Shown piece by piece: positions 1 through 10,300 of a stretch of DNA of 35,946 nucleotides. The position numbers and the translations under genes are program-made. Source of the DNA: an uncultured Clostridia bacterium (GTDB taxonomy: Bacteria > Bacillota > Clostridia > Christensenellales > Borkfalkiaceae); NCBI GenBank assembly GCA_937888935.1, contig CALARO010000166.1:1-35946 (forward strand). The letters are read 5' to 3'. The stretch's first letter is position 1. Each line of letters starts with the position of its first letter. The notes beneath the pieces were generated by a model. It did not search any database. It was not told the origin of the DNA and worked only from the letters and a program-made list of their open reading frames with translations.

Positions 1-1
1 C

Positions 2-586
2 AGCCGCGATTTCGTAACGCTTTTTGAATGTAACGGCAACCCCGTGATTTTTGCGGGCGAAAACGCGCGCGGCAATCGTCAGGCGGTATTCGCGTTCGCG
101 CTCGGCGATTCCGATATCACCGCCACGCCGAATTTTCTCGTGTTGATCCGCAACCTTCTCAACTACACATTCCCCGTCATTGTGGAAGACGCCAATTATT
201 TCTGCGGCGACGTGGTGAAAATCAACGTGCTTCCCAACTGCGCGGGCATCAGAATTACTTCGCCCGGCGGTCAGGTGACGTATGCCGATACCGAAACGGC
301 GGTGAGCGAATACACGCTTTCCGAAACGGGGCTGTATACGATCGTGGTGAAAATCGGCGAAACGGACGCCACGGCTTCCGAGCGCACGGTGGAAATTTTC
401 TCGCAAACGCCCTACGAAGAGAGTATCGTATCGGCGGAAGAGAAAGACTTCCTGCTTTCGGGCGAGCCGAGCGGCGTAAATCCCGACGGGATCTACGAAA
501 ATCTTGCTATATTGTTTATCATACTTGCGGCATTTTTCGTCGCGGACTGGATGGTGTATTGTTATGAGCAGTATCAACTTCGATAA
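2..586 (+). CDS. 3' portion of a gene truncated by the window edge. C-terminally membrane-anchored protein, probably the preceding member of the BatA/VWA-type cluster.
   Basis: The frame is open from nt 2; there is no stop before the GTG at 44 that the ORF track uses as the start. Stop TAA at 584-586. C-terminal hydrophobic helix ILAILFIILAAFFVADWMVYCY. The stop overlaps the next start (564) by 23 nt. Confidence 0.6.
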   Translation, partial: SRDFVTLFECNGNPVIFAGENARGNRQAVFAFALGDSDITATPNFLVLIRNLLNYTFPVIVEDANYFCGDVVKINVLPNCAGIRITSPGGQVTYADTETAVSEYTLSETGLYTIVVKIGETDATASERTVEIFSQTPYEESIVSAEEKDFLLSGEPSGVNPDGIYENLAILFIILAAFFVADWMVYCYEQYQLR

Positions 587-3287
587 CGTATATTTATTAT
601 TGCTTGCGATACCTCTGGCGATATTGCTTGCCGTTCCGTTTGCGATGGCGGTAAGAAAAGAGAACGCCAACGTACACAATATCGTATCGGGCGTGTTTCA
701 CGTACTGATCGCGGTGATGATCGCGTTCTCGGCGGCAGGCACTTCGATTGAGATCACAAAAACGGAAACCGACGTGTACGTGGTGGCGGACGTATCGTAT
801 TCGTCCGAAAAAAATCTGGATACGCTGGATAATTATATCGAAAATCTCGAAGGCAACCTGCCCAAAAATTCGAAAATGGGCGTGGTGTGCTTCGGCAAAG
901 ATCAGGAACTTCTCGTAGGACTCGGCAAACGGCTGAAAAGCGTAAGGGAATGTGAAGGCGTGGATAAATCCGAAACGGACATCGAAAGCGCGCTCGAATA
1001 TACCGGCTCGCTTTTCAGAAGCAACGTGATCAAGCGCATCGTGCTGATCACCGACGGCAAGCAAACGCATTTAAGCGATTCCAACGCCTTGAAGCGCGCC
1101 GTGGATACGCTTCGCGCTTCCGATATTTACGTAGACGCAATCTATCTGAACAACAACATTTCGCCCGACGCGAAAGAAGTGCAGATCTCTTCGGCGGACG
1201 CCACGCAGAATACGTATGTAGACCGCGCGGAAACGGCGAAAATCACGCTGCAAAGCACCTACGACGTGCAGGCGGAACTTACGCTTTTAAAAGGCGGCGT
1301 AGAAGTGGAACGGAGAGCCGTCTCCCTGAAAAACGGCGCGAACGTGGTGGAATTTTCCACGGATACGTCGGCGCAGGGCGCGTTCGATTATGAAGTGCGC
1401 GTGAAGGCGGACGGCGACGAAAACGATCTGAACAACAACATTAAGTTTTCGCAAACCGTTTCCGATCAGGTGAAAGTGCTGCTGCTCACGGGCGAGCAGA
1501 TGGTGGATCAGGACGCGTTGAGACAGGCGTATGCGGGGCATGCCGACGTCACCGCTTACGACGTCCGCTACGATCTCGAAGAAATCCCGCACACCGTGGA
1601 AGAGCTTTGCGAATACGACGAAATCGTGCTTTCCAACGCCGATCTTACGAAGCTCGATTATAATTGTCAGGCGTTTTTAGATAGTCTCGACAAGGCGGTT
1701 TCGTTGTTCGGCAAAGGTCTTACCACTTTCGGCAATACGTTTGTGCAGAGCAGGACGGAAGAAGACGCGGAAAAAATGAAATCTCTCGATGATATGCTTC
1801 CCGTCCGCTTCGGCAATGCCGAGCGCGACGCCAAATTGTATACGCTTGTCATCGATTCTTCTTACAGTATGCGGTGGCTTGATAAAATGAATATGGCAAA
1901 AGCCGCTTCTCGTCAGTTGGTGCAGTTTTTAAACGAAGGCGACTACGTGGCGGTGGTGGCGTTCGACGGAAATTTCCGCCGCGTATACGATCCCGTGGAA
2001 ATTTCCGATAAATCCGTCACGGACGGAAAAACTTCGCGCGAACGAGTGCTTGAAGCCATCGACGGTATTCAACTCGGACAGGGTACGCTGCTTACTTCCG
2101 GCTTGGAAGAAGCGTATAAAATGCTGGCAGATAAGCCGTTCGATAAAAAACAGGTGATGCTGATCACCGACGGCATTTCGTTTTCGGAAGACAAGAAGTC
2201 GGATACTCCGGCGACGATTGCGGAAAAAATGGGCAAAGAAGGCATTTCGCTTTCCGTACTTGACGTGGCGCGCCTTCTGATGTCGGATACAAGCAAAGCA
2301 GCCGAAATTAAAACGATGCTCGAAAGCCTTGCGCTCAAAGGCAAGGGGAATTATTTTTACGCCGAAAGACTTTCCGAGCTTGAAAACGTAGTGTTTGGCG
2401 AAATCGCCGATCAGGAAACGGAATCAATCGTAGAAGAAGATCGCGTGATCACGGTGAAAAAGCGCAACGACGATTCGCTGAAAAACGTGGGCGATCTTAA
2501 GGGAATGGAAGTTGGCGGCTACGTGGTGAGCAAAGAAAAATCAAGCGCAACCACGGTACTTACGGTGGAATACCTGAAAGAATCGGGAAGAGTTACGCAA
2601 GTGCCGCTGTACGCCTACTGGAATTACGGCAGCGGCAGGGTATCGTCGTTTACGAGCAGCATCGGCGGCGAGTGGCTTTCGCAATGGGGTGATTTGCAGA
2701 AAAACACGTTCGCGCAAAATATTCTTGCGCAATGCACGCCGGAAGAAAGGATTGATTTTCCTTTCCGCGCCGAGCTTCGCGAAGAAAACGGTTATCTTGC
2801 GGTGGAAGTTACCCCCGCGATTGTAAGAAGCGGCGTAGAAGCCAAGATCACCGTCACCGCCCCCGCCGAAACGGAAAACGGCGAGCGGGAAACGTTCACG
2901 GGAACGATGGCGTTCTCTTCTTCGCGGTATTCTTACAGTTTCGAAACTTCGAAAGTGGGCAAGTACGATATCGCGATCGACTATGCGTATCCGGACGGGC
3001 GGGAGTACCGCGCCGAATATTCCTATACGCTTTCCTATCTTCCCGAATATAATTCGTTTGCGATTTTCGATTCCACCGCCTTGCACAGAATGGTAGGCTC
3101 GGAAGGCACAGTCAGCGAAGACGGTAACCTGAAAATCGAAAACGACGAAAGCCGTATCGGAAAATTCGTGGTGAATCTCACCGTACCGCTTCTTGTGGCG
3201 AGCGTGGTGCTGTTTGCGGCGGACGTTATCGCAAGAAAGCTGAAATGGGAAGATATCCGCAGCTTGTTCGGTAAAGGGAAAAAGTAA
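564..3287 (+). CDS. Membrane protein with a BatA-like N-terminal helix, two VWA domains with MIDAS motifs, and a C-terminal TM anchor
   Basis: ATG at 564 (MSSINFDNVYLLLLAIPLAILLAVPF resembles the aerotolerance-regulator N-terminal helix). DxSxS MIDAS motifs: DVSYS at 789-803 and DSSYS at 1854-1868. Each is followed by a ...LITDG... strand (IVLITDGKQT, VMLITDGISF). PLYAYWNYGSGRVSSFT resembles the GATase1-like region of Bat proteins. C-terminal helix LTVPLLVASVVLFAADVI. The ORF-track start at 504 lies inside the upstream gene and was not used. Confidence 0.8.
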   Translation: MSSINFDNVYLLLLAIPLAILLAVPFAMAVRKENANVHNIVSGVFHVLIAVMIAFSAAGTSIEITKTETDVYVVADVSYSSEKNLDTLDNYIENLEGNLPKNSKMGVVCFGKDQELLVGLGKRLKSVRECEGVDKSETDIESALEYTGSLFRSNVIKRIVLITDGKQTHLSDSNALKRAVDTLRASDIYVDAIYLNNNISPDAKEVQISSADATQNTYVDRAETAKITLQSTYDVQAELTLLKGGVEVERRAVSLKNGANVVEFSTDTSAQGAFDYEVRVKADGDENDLNNNIKFSQTVSDQVKVLLLTGEQMVDQDALRQAYAGHADVTAYDVRYDLEEIPHTVEELCEYDEIVLSNADLTKLDYNCQAFLDSLDKAVSLFGKGLTTFGNTFVQSRTEEDAEKMKSLDDMLPVRFGNAERDAKLYTLVIDSSYSMRWLDKMNMAKAASRQLVQFLNEGDYVAVVAFDGNFRRVYDPVEISDKSVTDGKTSRERVLEAIDGIQLGQGTLLTSGLEEAYKMLADKPFDKKQVMLITDGISFSEDKKSDTPATIAEKMGKEGISLSVLDVARLLMSDTSKAAEIKTMLESLALKGKGNYFYAERLSELENVVFGEIADQETESIVEEDRVITVKKRNDDSLKNVGDLKGMEVGGYVVSKEKSSATTVLTVEYLKESGRVTQVPLYAYWNYGSGRVSSFTSSIGGEWLSQWGDLQKNTFAQNILAQCTPEERIDFPFRAELREENGYLAVEVTPAIVRSGVEAKITVTAPAETENGERETFTGTMAFSSSRYSYSFETSKVGKYDIAIDYAYPDGREYRAEYSYTLSYLPEYNSFAIFDSTALHRMVGSEGTVSEDGNLKIENDESRIGKFVVNLTVPLLVASVVLFAADVIARKLKWEDIRSLFGKGKK

Positions 3288-3299
3288 AGGAGGAAGGTT

Positions 3300-4751
3300 A
3301 TGAAAATAAAAATGAGATTTCAGAAATTTTTAGTTTTCTGCGTATCCGCGCTTTTGGCGTTTACTTTCTGCGCGTGTTCCTCTACTGCGCCGCTTCCCCC
3401 GAATAATGGCAACAACGACTCGAAAACCGATCCCGCAGATCCCGTTAATCCGGATGATCCGGTGGATGAAAACACATTCACCGTGCGGCTCGTGGGCGAC
3501 GGATTTATTATTCCCGCCGAAGAACTCGCTTCGTTTTCCGATAGCGGTTTGCGGGCGGTGTGGACGGATATTTCCAGCGTGAACGGCGCTTCGCGCAGCG
3601 CGGAATTTGATTTAAACGGCTGCGCGCGGCTGAGCGATTTAGACGGCGATTATCGCATAACGCTTTCCGGCACGCTTAATAATTACACGTACAACCCCAA
3701 TATTTACACGGCGAATAACGATAGAAAAACCGTGGAAATCAAGCTTTATCAACTGACTACTCTGGAAGGGTTGGGCAGCGGATCGAGTTTCAATAAAAAC
3801 GATGTTATCAAGCTTTCCGCTTCCGGCTTTTATCGTGCGGTGCTTACGGAAGTCAATTATTCCGACGGCGTGAGATTCTGGTTTGTGCCGAATTCCGAAA
3901 CGGGCGATTATGTGGGCGAGTATTCGTTGGAATCGTTTGTAAATGTCACCGCAAACAACGTCAATCCCATTTTGCAGATTTACAACGGCAATTATGCCGC
4001 CGGCACGGTATGGTCGCCCAGCACGGTTGAGAGCGGCGGAAAATCGGGTACGTTTACGAAAAATTTCAGATACGAACTGGAAGCAAAAGAACATTCCGAC
4101 GTGCCGTTTTTGATCAAAGCCGCAAAAACCGAAGAAGCGCAGTTCCCGATCTATGTGGATTTTCTGTTGGATAAAGACGGCGAACATTCGGGCGGAAACA
4201 ATAAAAAAGAAATGATTCCCACGCACGATTTCGAAGCTGCGCGTGCAGACATTCAGAACGATACCCGCGACAAAACGTTTACGTTCGTATCAAACAGCGA
4301 TCAGTATAGCAGCTGTAACTATTATTCCATGAATTATATTATACTCGGGACAGACGGTTATTACCATCTGAAAACGTCGACAGGCGAAGGCGCGCGTCTG
4401 TATGCGAAGATCACGCAAGATCCTGTTGGTATCACGACGGATTCGCATGGTGGCTTCTTAGACGGCAAATTCGGGGGGCAGCTCGCTCTTAACGGTAAGA
4501 GCTATAAATATTTCATTAAAGGGAAATCTTACGAAGATTCCGACGGCACTCTTCAATATGAATATAAAGGCTATGCAAATTATGTCAACGGCGACGGCGT
4601 GTATCCCGTCACCGAAGAATTAAAAGAATTTCTGCAAGCGTTCAGCGAAGCTCGCGGATATTTCCAGGACGGCGACGGTTATCTCGAAGGTTTAGGTTAC
4701 AATTCCAGCGACAAAGCGCAATGGTTATTCGCCTGCGGCTATTATAGATAA
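3300..4751 (+). CDS. Lipoprotein of unknown function: prealbumin-like domain, beta-sandwich region, C-terminal DGYYH...W-x4-YY module
   Basis: AGGAGG RBS at 3288-3293, 6 nt before the ATG. Signal peptide ending in a lipobox-like AFTFCAC|S. Pro/Asp-rich linker. No catalytic motif recognised. The C-terminal 130 aa are paralogous to two segments of the 11899-15030 protein. Confidence 0.8.
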   Translation: MKIKMRFQKFLVFCVSALLAFTFCACSSTAPLPPNNGNNDSKTDPADPVNPDDPVDENTFTVRLVGDGFIIPAEELASFSDSGLRAVWTDISSVNGASRSAEFDLNGCARLSDLDGDYRITLSGTLNNYTYNPNIYTANNDRKTVEIKLYQLTTLEGLGSGSSFNKNDVIKLSASGFYRAVLTEVNYSDGVRFWFVPNSETGDYVGEYSLESFVNVTANNVNPILQIYNGNYAAGTVWSPSTVESGGKSGTFTKNFRYELEAKEHSDVPFLIKAAKTEEAQFPIYVDFLLDKDGEHSGGNNKKEMIPTHDFEAARADIQNDTRDKTFTFVSNSDQYSSCNYYSMNYIILGTDGYYHLKTSTGEGARLYAKITQDPVGITTDSHGGFLDGKFGGQLALNGKSYKYFIKGKSYEDSDGTLQYEYKGYANYVNGDGVYPVTEELKEFLQAFSEARGYFQDGDGYLEGLGYNSSDKAQWLFACGYYR

Positions 4752-4772
4752 TGCAGACGGGAGGGAACGAAT

Positions 4773-7145
4773 ATGAAAAATAAAATCGGTAAAAAAATTG
4801 CCGTATTGATTTCGGCGATTCTGCTTTCCGCGTCGCTTGCTTCCTGCGGGTGTCGCCACGAAGTGCTGAATTGGAAGGTTTTATCCGAATCCACCTGCAC
4901 CACCGAGGGCAAAAGACAAGGCCCTTGCGTAAAGTGCGGCGAAGTCGTGAAAGAAGCGATCCCCATCAACCCCGAAGCGCACGTTTACGGCGAGTGGGAA
5001 ATCGAAAAAATGCCCGATACTACGTCCCGCGGCGCGGGTAAAGCCTGCAAAATTTGCACCGAAAACGCGGAACACGTGAAAGAAATCACTCTTCCGCGCC
5101 TGAACGTTGAAAACAACTACTCGGGCTACGCTTCTGCGGAAATCACCAAACCCGCCACCGTGCTTGAAGAGGGCGAAAGAACGCTCGTATTTGCACACGA
5201 ACTCGGCAACGTGCAGTTTGTTATTCCCGTAGAAAAGCGCGTGTTCAATCCCGAAGTCGCGCTTGAACCGGACGCCACGGGCGACGAAATCGCCGAAGTG
5301 GTGGCGGACGCGGTGCTTCTCGCGGTGGACGGACATTCTCAGATCCGCAGCGGCACGGGCATGGTAGACGAAGGCATGGACAGCGGCTCGGAACATGCGT
5401 TCTCTTACACCTACGGCGAAAATTACACATACACGTGGGATGAAGGCATGAGCCGCGAGCAATGGGTTTCTTTAACGGAAAGCGGCGAAGTTTTCGGCGT
5501 GTATCTCGACGGATCGACTTTTAACACGCCCCGTATCTACCCGCAGGTCAGCGCGAAAGATCTGCAAGGCTACGCCTACAATATCCGCCGCGTGAATTAT
5601 GCCACGTTCTACGGCGCGGAAGGACTGCTCGACAGCCTGTACAGCTGGGGACTTTCCGAAAACAACAACCGCGATTTCTGGAAAACGGTGGAAAAGCGCA
5701 ACGACGGAAAAACGTATTTTATGTTCGGTTTCGGTTACTATTCGCCGGGCAACCGCTATTTCAGCCGTCTTTCGGTTGAATTTACGTTAAACGACGAGCT
5801 TATCATGGATTATATCCGTCTCGATACCGATACGTACACGAGCGAGAATTTCGATATTGTTCGTTCGGGGGTAAACAACAAGACGATCACCTGTACTCTG
5901 CACCAGGGCGCGCAACCTTTATATAAAGAGCATATTTATTACAATCAGATCACGAAAACGCAAAGCCCCGCCGAGCCTGAGCATAAATACACCGAGAAAA
6001 ATTTCAGGATCACGAACCTTGATATTTCTTACGGCGGCAAACCTTTCACCGACAACGCCGAAGAATCGCCCGTGCTTTCCGCGCGAGGCACAAACGAATC
6101 GCGGACGGACGTTCTCGCAATATCCAACATACAGCCGAGTACGGCTTCGTTCACGTTCGATCCGCTTTCCGTGTATCGCGTGATGGACAACGGCTCGCGC
6201 GTACTTCTCGAATACGACGGCTCGCGCGGCAATATTTCGGCGCGCTTGCAGGATAATTCTTCTCTCGCAATCAAAGTAAAAGAAGCGGGTACGATCACGC
6301 TGCTTCTCAGAACGCAGAGCGGTTACGAAAAAACAATCCGCTTCAAAACCACGCCCATCGCGCCGTCCACGCTCTATCCGTCCGTCAACGAATATTCCGA
6401 TGCCGGCTACGTATGGCGCACGGAAGTGGATAATAAGGAAACTATCGGAAATTCTACGGATTATACGATTAAGAACGTTACGGTGTACGTGGGGCAGAAA
6501 CTCGAGTTTAAAGCGGTTGTTCCCAAAGGCGAAACCATGTACGCCGATCCCGATTTCGCAGCGCACGTTATCACTACAAACCGTGCCGATGCCGAGGTGG
6601 TAAAAGCCGATGGCGAATTGACGGCGACGTTTTTCGGAAACAAAATTGGAAATTATATCATTGAATTGAGTAGCGCGCTTAATCAGAACAAGAAAGCGCA
6701 CATTCGTATCACGGTGATCGAAGCGCCCACGCGCGAAAGCATTTTAAGCGGCGTATACACGGGCAGAATCACTCGCCCCACAAAGAGCAACGTGCGGATT
6801 ACTTTCAGCGAAACGCCGGACGAAAACGGCAAAATCGGCGTTTTATACGAAGTTCTCGGCAAAGCCGAACAGGACGACGGAACAACCGTGGAAACCGTAG
6901 AACGTTGGGAAAAACTGCTGATTTACTACGACGACGAGATCGGCGAGCTGATCACCGAACACGTAGACGGCGCGGTTACAAAGATTAAATTCGAGATCAA
7001 CGAAGCGTATCGGCTTGTTCTCGTGTACCCCACGGGCGGCTTCGGCGGCAATACCCTGAAAACGATCGTTTACCACCCCGAGCCTGAAACGCCTTCGGAA
7101 AATTCCGAAGGCGGAAACGCGGACGAAACCGGGGAAAAATCATAA
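4773..7145 (+). CDS. Lipoprotein of unknown function with an N-terminal Cys/His/Trp-rich mini-module
   Basis: GGGAGGG RBS upstream. Signal peptide with lipobox LLSASLAS|C. Motif CRHEVLNW..TCTTEGKRQGPCVKCG, then H..GEW....ACKIC. The gap to the upstream gene is 21 nt. Confidence 0.8.
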   Translation: MKNKIGKKIAVLISAILLSASLASCGCRHEVLNWKVLSESTCTTEGKRQGPCVKCGEVVKEAIPINPEAHVYGEWEIEKMPDTTSRGAGKACKICTENAEHVKEITLPRLNVENNYSGYASAEITKPATVLEEGERTLVFAHELGNVQFVIPVEKRVFNPEVALEPDATGDEIAEVVADAVLLAVDGHSQIRSGTGMVDEGMDSGSEHAFSYTYGENYTYTWDEGMSREQWVSLTESGEVFGVYLDGSTFNTPRIYPQVSAKDLQGYAYNIRRVNYATFYGAEGLLDSLYSWGLSENNNRDFWKTVEKRNDGKTYFMFGFGYYSPGNRYFSRLSVEFTLNDELIMDYIRLDTDTYTSENFDIVRSGVNNKTITCTLHQGAQPLYKEHIYYNQITKTQSPAEPEHKYTEKNFRITNLDISYGGKPFTDNAEESPVLSARGTNESRTDVLAISNIQPSTASFTFDPLSVYRVMDNGSRVLLEYDGSRGNISARLQDNSSLAIKVKEAGTITLLLRTQSGYEKTIRFKTTPIAPSTLYPSVNEYSDAGYVWRTEVDNKETIGNSTDYTIKNVTVYVGQKLEFKAVVPKGETMYADPDFAAHVITTNRADAEVVKADGELTATFFGNKIGNYIIELSSALNQNKKAHIRITVIEAPTRESILSGVYTGRITRPTKSNVRITFSETPDENGKIGVLYEVLGKAEQDDGTTVETVERWEKLLIYYDDEIGELITEHVDGAVTKIKFEINEAYRLVLVYPTGGFGGNTLKTIVYHPEPETPSENSEGGNADETGEKS

Positions 7146-7227
7146 CAAAAAACAGAATAAACGATTTTTTGAATTAAAACGCCTAAGAAAATGCATAGAT
7201 AAAATTGATTTTCCAGGGATCAAACAC

Positions 7228-7256
7228 TTGCCAAATCGAAATTTATGTGATAAAAT
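7228..7256 (+). promoter_or_regulatory. Sigma-A type promoter with extended -10
   Basis: TTGCCA (7228-7233), 17-nt spacer, TG-a-TAAAAT (-10 at 7251-7256). Lies in an AT-rich 173-nt gap about 60 nt upstream of the ATG at 7319. Confidence 0.6.
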
Positions 7257-7318
7257 ACTGATTATTCAAAGCAATTTGAACGATTTTTCGAATACTTTCT
7301 ATTAAAGGAGAAAAGATC

Positions 7319-10300
7319 ATGAAGAAGAGAAAAGCATTATCGGCATTGCTTGTTGCGTTTGCGGCAACGTGCGTTTGCGCGGGATTTTCCGCGTGCAAGA
7401 AGGATAAGGGCTCTAACGATTCCGAGATTTACCGCGTTTATCAGTCATACGTGGCGTCGGCAGAAGCAAGCGGCGAAGAACCCTTATCGTATGAAGACTG
7501 GCTCGCTTCGATCAAGGGCGAGAAAGGCGACAAGGGCGATCCGGGTGAAATCGGAATCGGTATCGTATCTATCACGCTTGCCGAAGACAGAAAGTCTTAC
7601 ATAGTGAAATACAGCGACGGCTCGTCCGAAGCGATTCCCGTACCCGAAGCGTTGCCCGAACAGGAGCACGGTCACGTATGGGGCGATAAGATCGTACGGG
7701 TTGTAGAACCGTCGATTTCCGTCGGTTCGTCTGGCTCGATATCGAAAGTAGACGGCTTCGGCTACAAAGAATGTACCAAAGACGGTTGCGGCGCAAGAAA
7801 AATCGTTATTTTGAGAGATTTCTCGGGCAGTATGTCTTCGTCGGCGGTGTATCGCCTGAAGTTTATCGTAAGAGAGAAGGACGGCGTGCAGGTAGCGGAT
7901 GATATTTCGGCATCTTTGCCGAAAGGAGCGTATTCGTTTAAAATCAAATCGCTTGATGCAAACGTGCAGATTGCGGAGGGTGAAAACAATCCTGTCGGTT
8001 TGTTCGAACGTTCGGTGAGTTCCGACGAATCTGCGATATCTTTGAAATTCCAGCTTGATTGCGAAAAGGTTTCCAAAGCGGGCGTATACGAGTGCGATAT
8101 CGACGTGGAAATCGAATCGCTTGAAATCGGAGCGGAGAAAAACCCTGAACCTATCAGTGTAAACAGCTTGGTTCAGCGCGAAGCGGCGGCAGACGAATGG
8201 GTATATTTCCGCGTGGGGAGCAGTAGCGATTCCGATTCTTTGCCCAAGCACCCCGTATTGCATTTCGGCGACAACGTATCGGCAGAACTCGTAGGATATG
8301 TGGAACAGGTCGAAGACGAAAGCACCGGTAAGTATTTTAATTCGTATGTACCTTTCGAAGTGCCTGAAAAACTTGAAAGCGGCAAACCTGCGGAAAGTGC
8401 GTTCTCTTACAGCACTACTCAGATTATATATCGCGTGAAATCAAGCGACGGTAACATTGCGTTCAAATTAGCGCACGCGGCAGGCGAAGATTCTTCTTCT
8501 GCGGAAGTAATTCAGGTGAAATCTTCCGAAAGCGAAGAATCATATAAGGGCAAATCCGCAATCGGTGAAAAGTATTTCAGATTCACGGCGGCGAAGTCCG
8601 AAAAAGTGGTATTCTATCGTAAGGAAGTTGTCGCCGAAGGCTATGGCGGCGGTGCTCAAATCAGTTACGCCAATGCTTCGATTATCAAACCCGATGGCTC
8701 GATTGATGTCAGCGGCAAGTACACCGTATTCGAGGTAGTGGCAGGACAATCGTATATTATCGATATTTCTTCTATCCCCGAAGCCGACGGCTATGAATTC
8801 AAACTGTTCTCGCTCGGCGAAGACGAATCGGCTTACGAAGGCTATTCCGAAAGCTCGGCGATTGATATTTCCGATAAGTCTTCTTTTGAGATTTCCGACG
8901 GCGCGGGCAACAGATATTTCAAATATGTAGTACCGCAGAAAGGCAGATTCTCTTTGGACTTCGAAAACGAAGCGTTTATTGGCAGAATAGAGATTGCAAT
9001 CGGTGATGATTTGGCTTATTATTCATATCCCGATGAAAAATTTAAAGAGCAACTTTTGCCCGCTGGCACGGTTGTTAATATCGCGGTGAGCACGATTTCT
9101 TCGTCTTATAAGCTGAAAATCGATTATTATCAGCTTGCAGAAGTCGAAAACTCGATTCAGCTCGTCAATGCGGGCGGCAAAGCCTTGGCTTTGAAAGGCG
9201 TTACCGTGAAGCTGACGGATGACGACTCGAATGTTGTTCAGGGCGTAACCGATGAAAAAGGAATTGCAAAAATCTCATTTGTTCCCGGCAATTATTACGT
9301 TTCTTTGGACGGCTACGATAAAGAATCGTACGTTTATGAGAGTAGCAGTATCGAATTGCCCTCAGATTCCGCGATTTACGATAAAGGTGAAACCCCTTAC
9401 AAAGTAACGTTGGTTGAATATCTCAGCAAAACGTTCGTGGTAAAGAGCGGCGATCAGGTAATCTCGGGCGCTAAGGTAAAACTTATGCAAAGCGGCTCGG
9501 TAGTGAAGTCGGGTGATACGGGCGCAGACGGAAAGGTATTGATTGAAAAATTCCTCGACGGTAACTACGATATCGAAATCGAAGGACTTTCCGATTCTTA
9601 CATTTACCTCGGCTCGAAGCTTGAAATCGGCAACGATCAGTCCGAAATCGTGTTGCAAGTTTCCGATGCGGTAATTTACAGCATCAGCTTCGAGGGCGAA
9701 GATAAGCCGGGCGAAGGCGTTGTTGTAAAACTGATCGGCGCGGAAGACAAAGTATTCGGCTCAGGCGTAGTCGGCGCAGACGGTAAAGCAAGCGTAAAAT
9801 CGATTGCGGGCGTGTACTCTATCGAAGTGGAAGGCTTCATCGTAATCAGCGGCGAAACTTCTGAGAGCGAAACTTCGGCAGTTGCTTCCGTTCAGAAAAT
9901 CAAGAACGTTACGGCAGGCAGGACAAGCAAACCCGGTAAAGTAGAACTGGGGGCGTGCATTGTATCGAAAGGCTCAGGAAGCTCGTCTGCAAGATGCGTA
10001 TGCGTATATTTCGAAGCTCCGAAAGCCGGTATTTACAAATTCGTAGTTTCGGACAGCACGTTCCATTCGGGAATTTACTCGTACACGAGTAACGGTGCAT
10101 CTGCTTATACAGGAGAAATCGAAAAAGGAACTGATGCAAGCGGAAAAGTAATTTCGCTTCAAGTGAAGCTTTCCAAAGGCGAGTGCTTCGAATTTGGTTT
10201 CAATTCGTTGACGCTGAATTCGATTCTTGTGCAAGAAGTAGAGGAAGAGGAAAAGCCCGAGCCTGTCAAGAATTTGAAAGTCGGCGACAATTATGTAAAG

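Noticed and set aside
7517-7555. Collagen-like Gly-X-Y run (GEKGDKGDPGEIG)
   Set aside because: Only four triplets, which is too short for a collagen triple-helix domain. Noted as a motif only.
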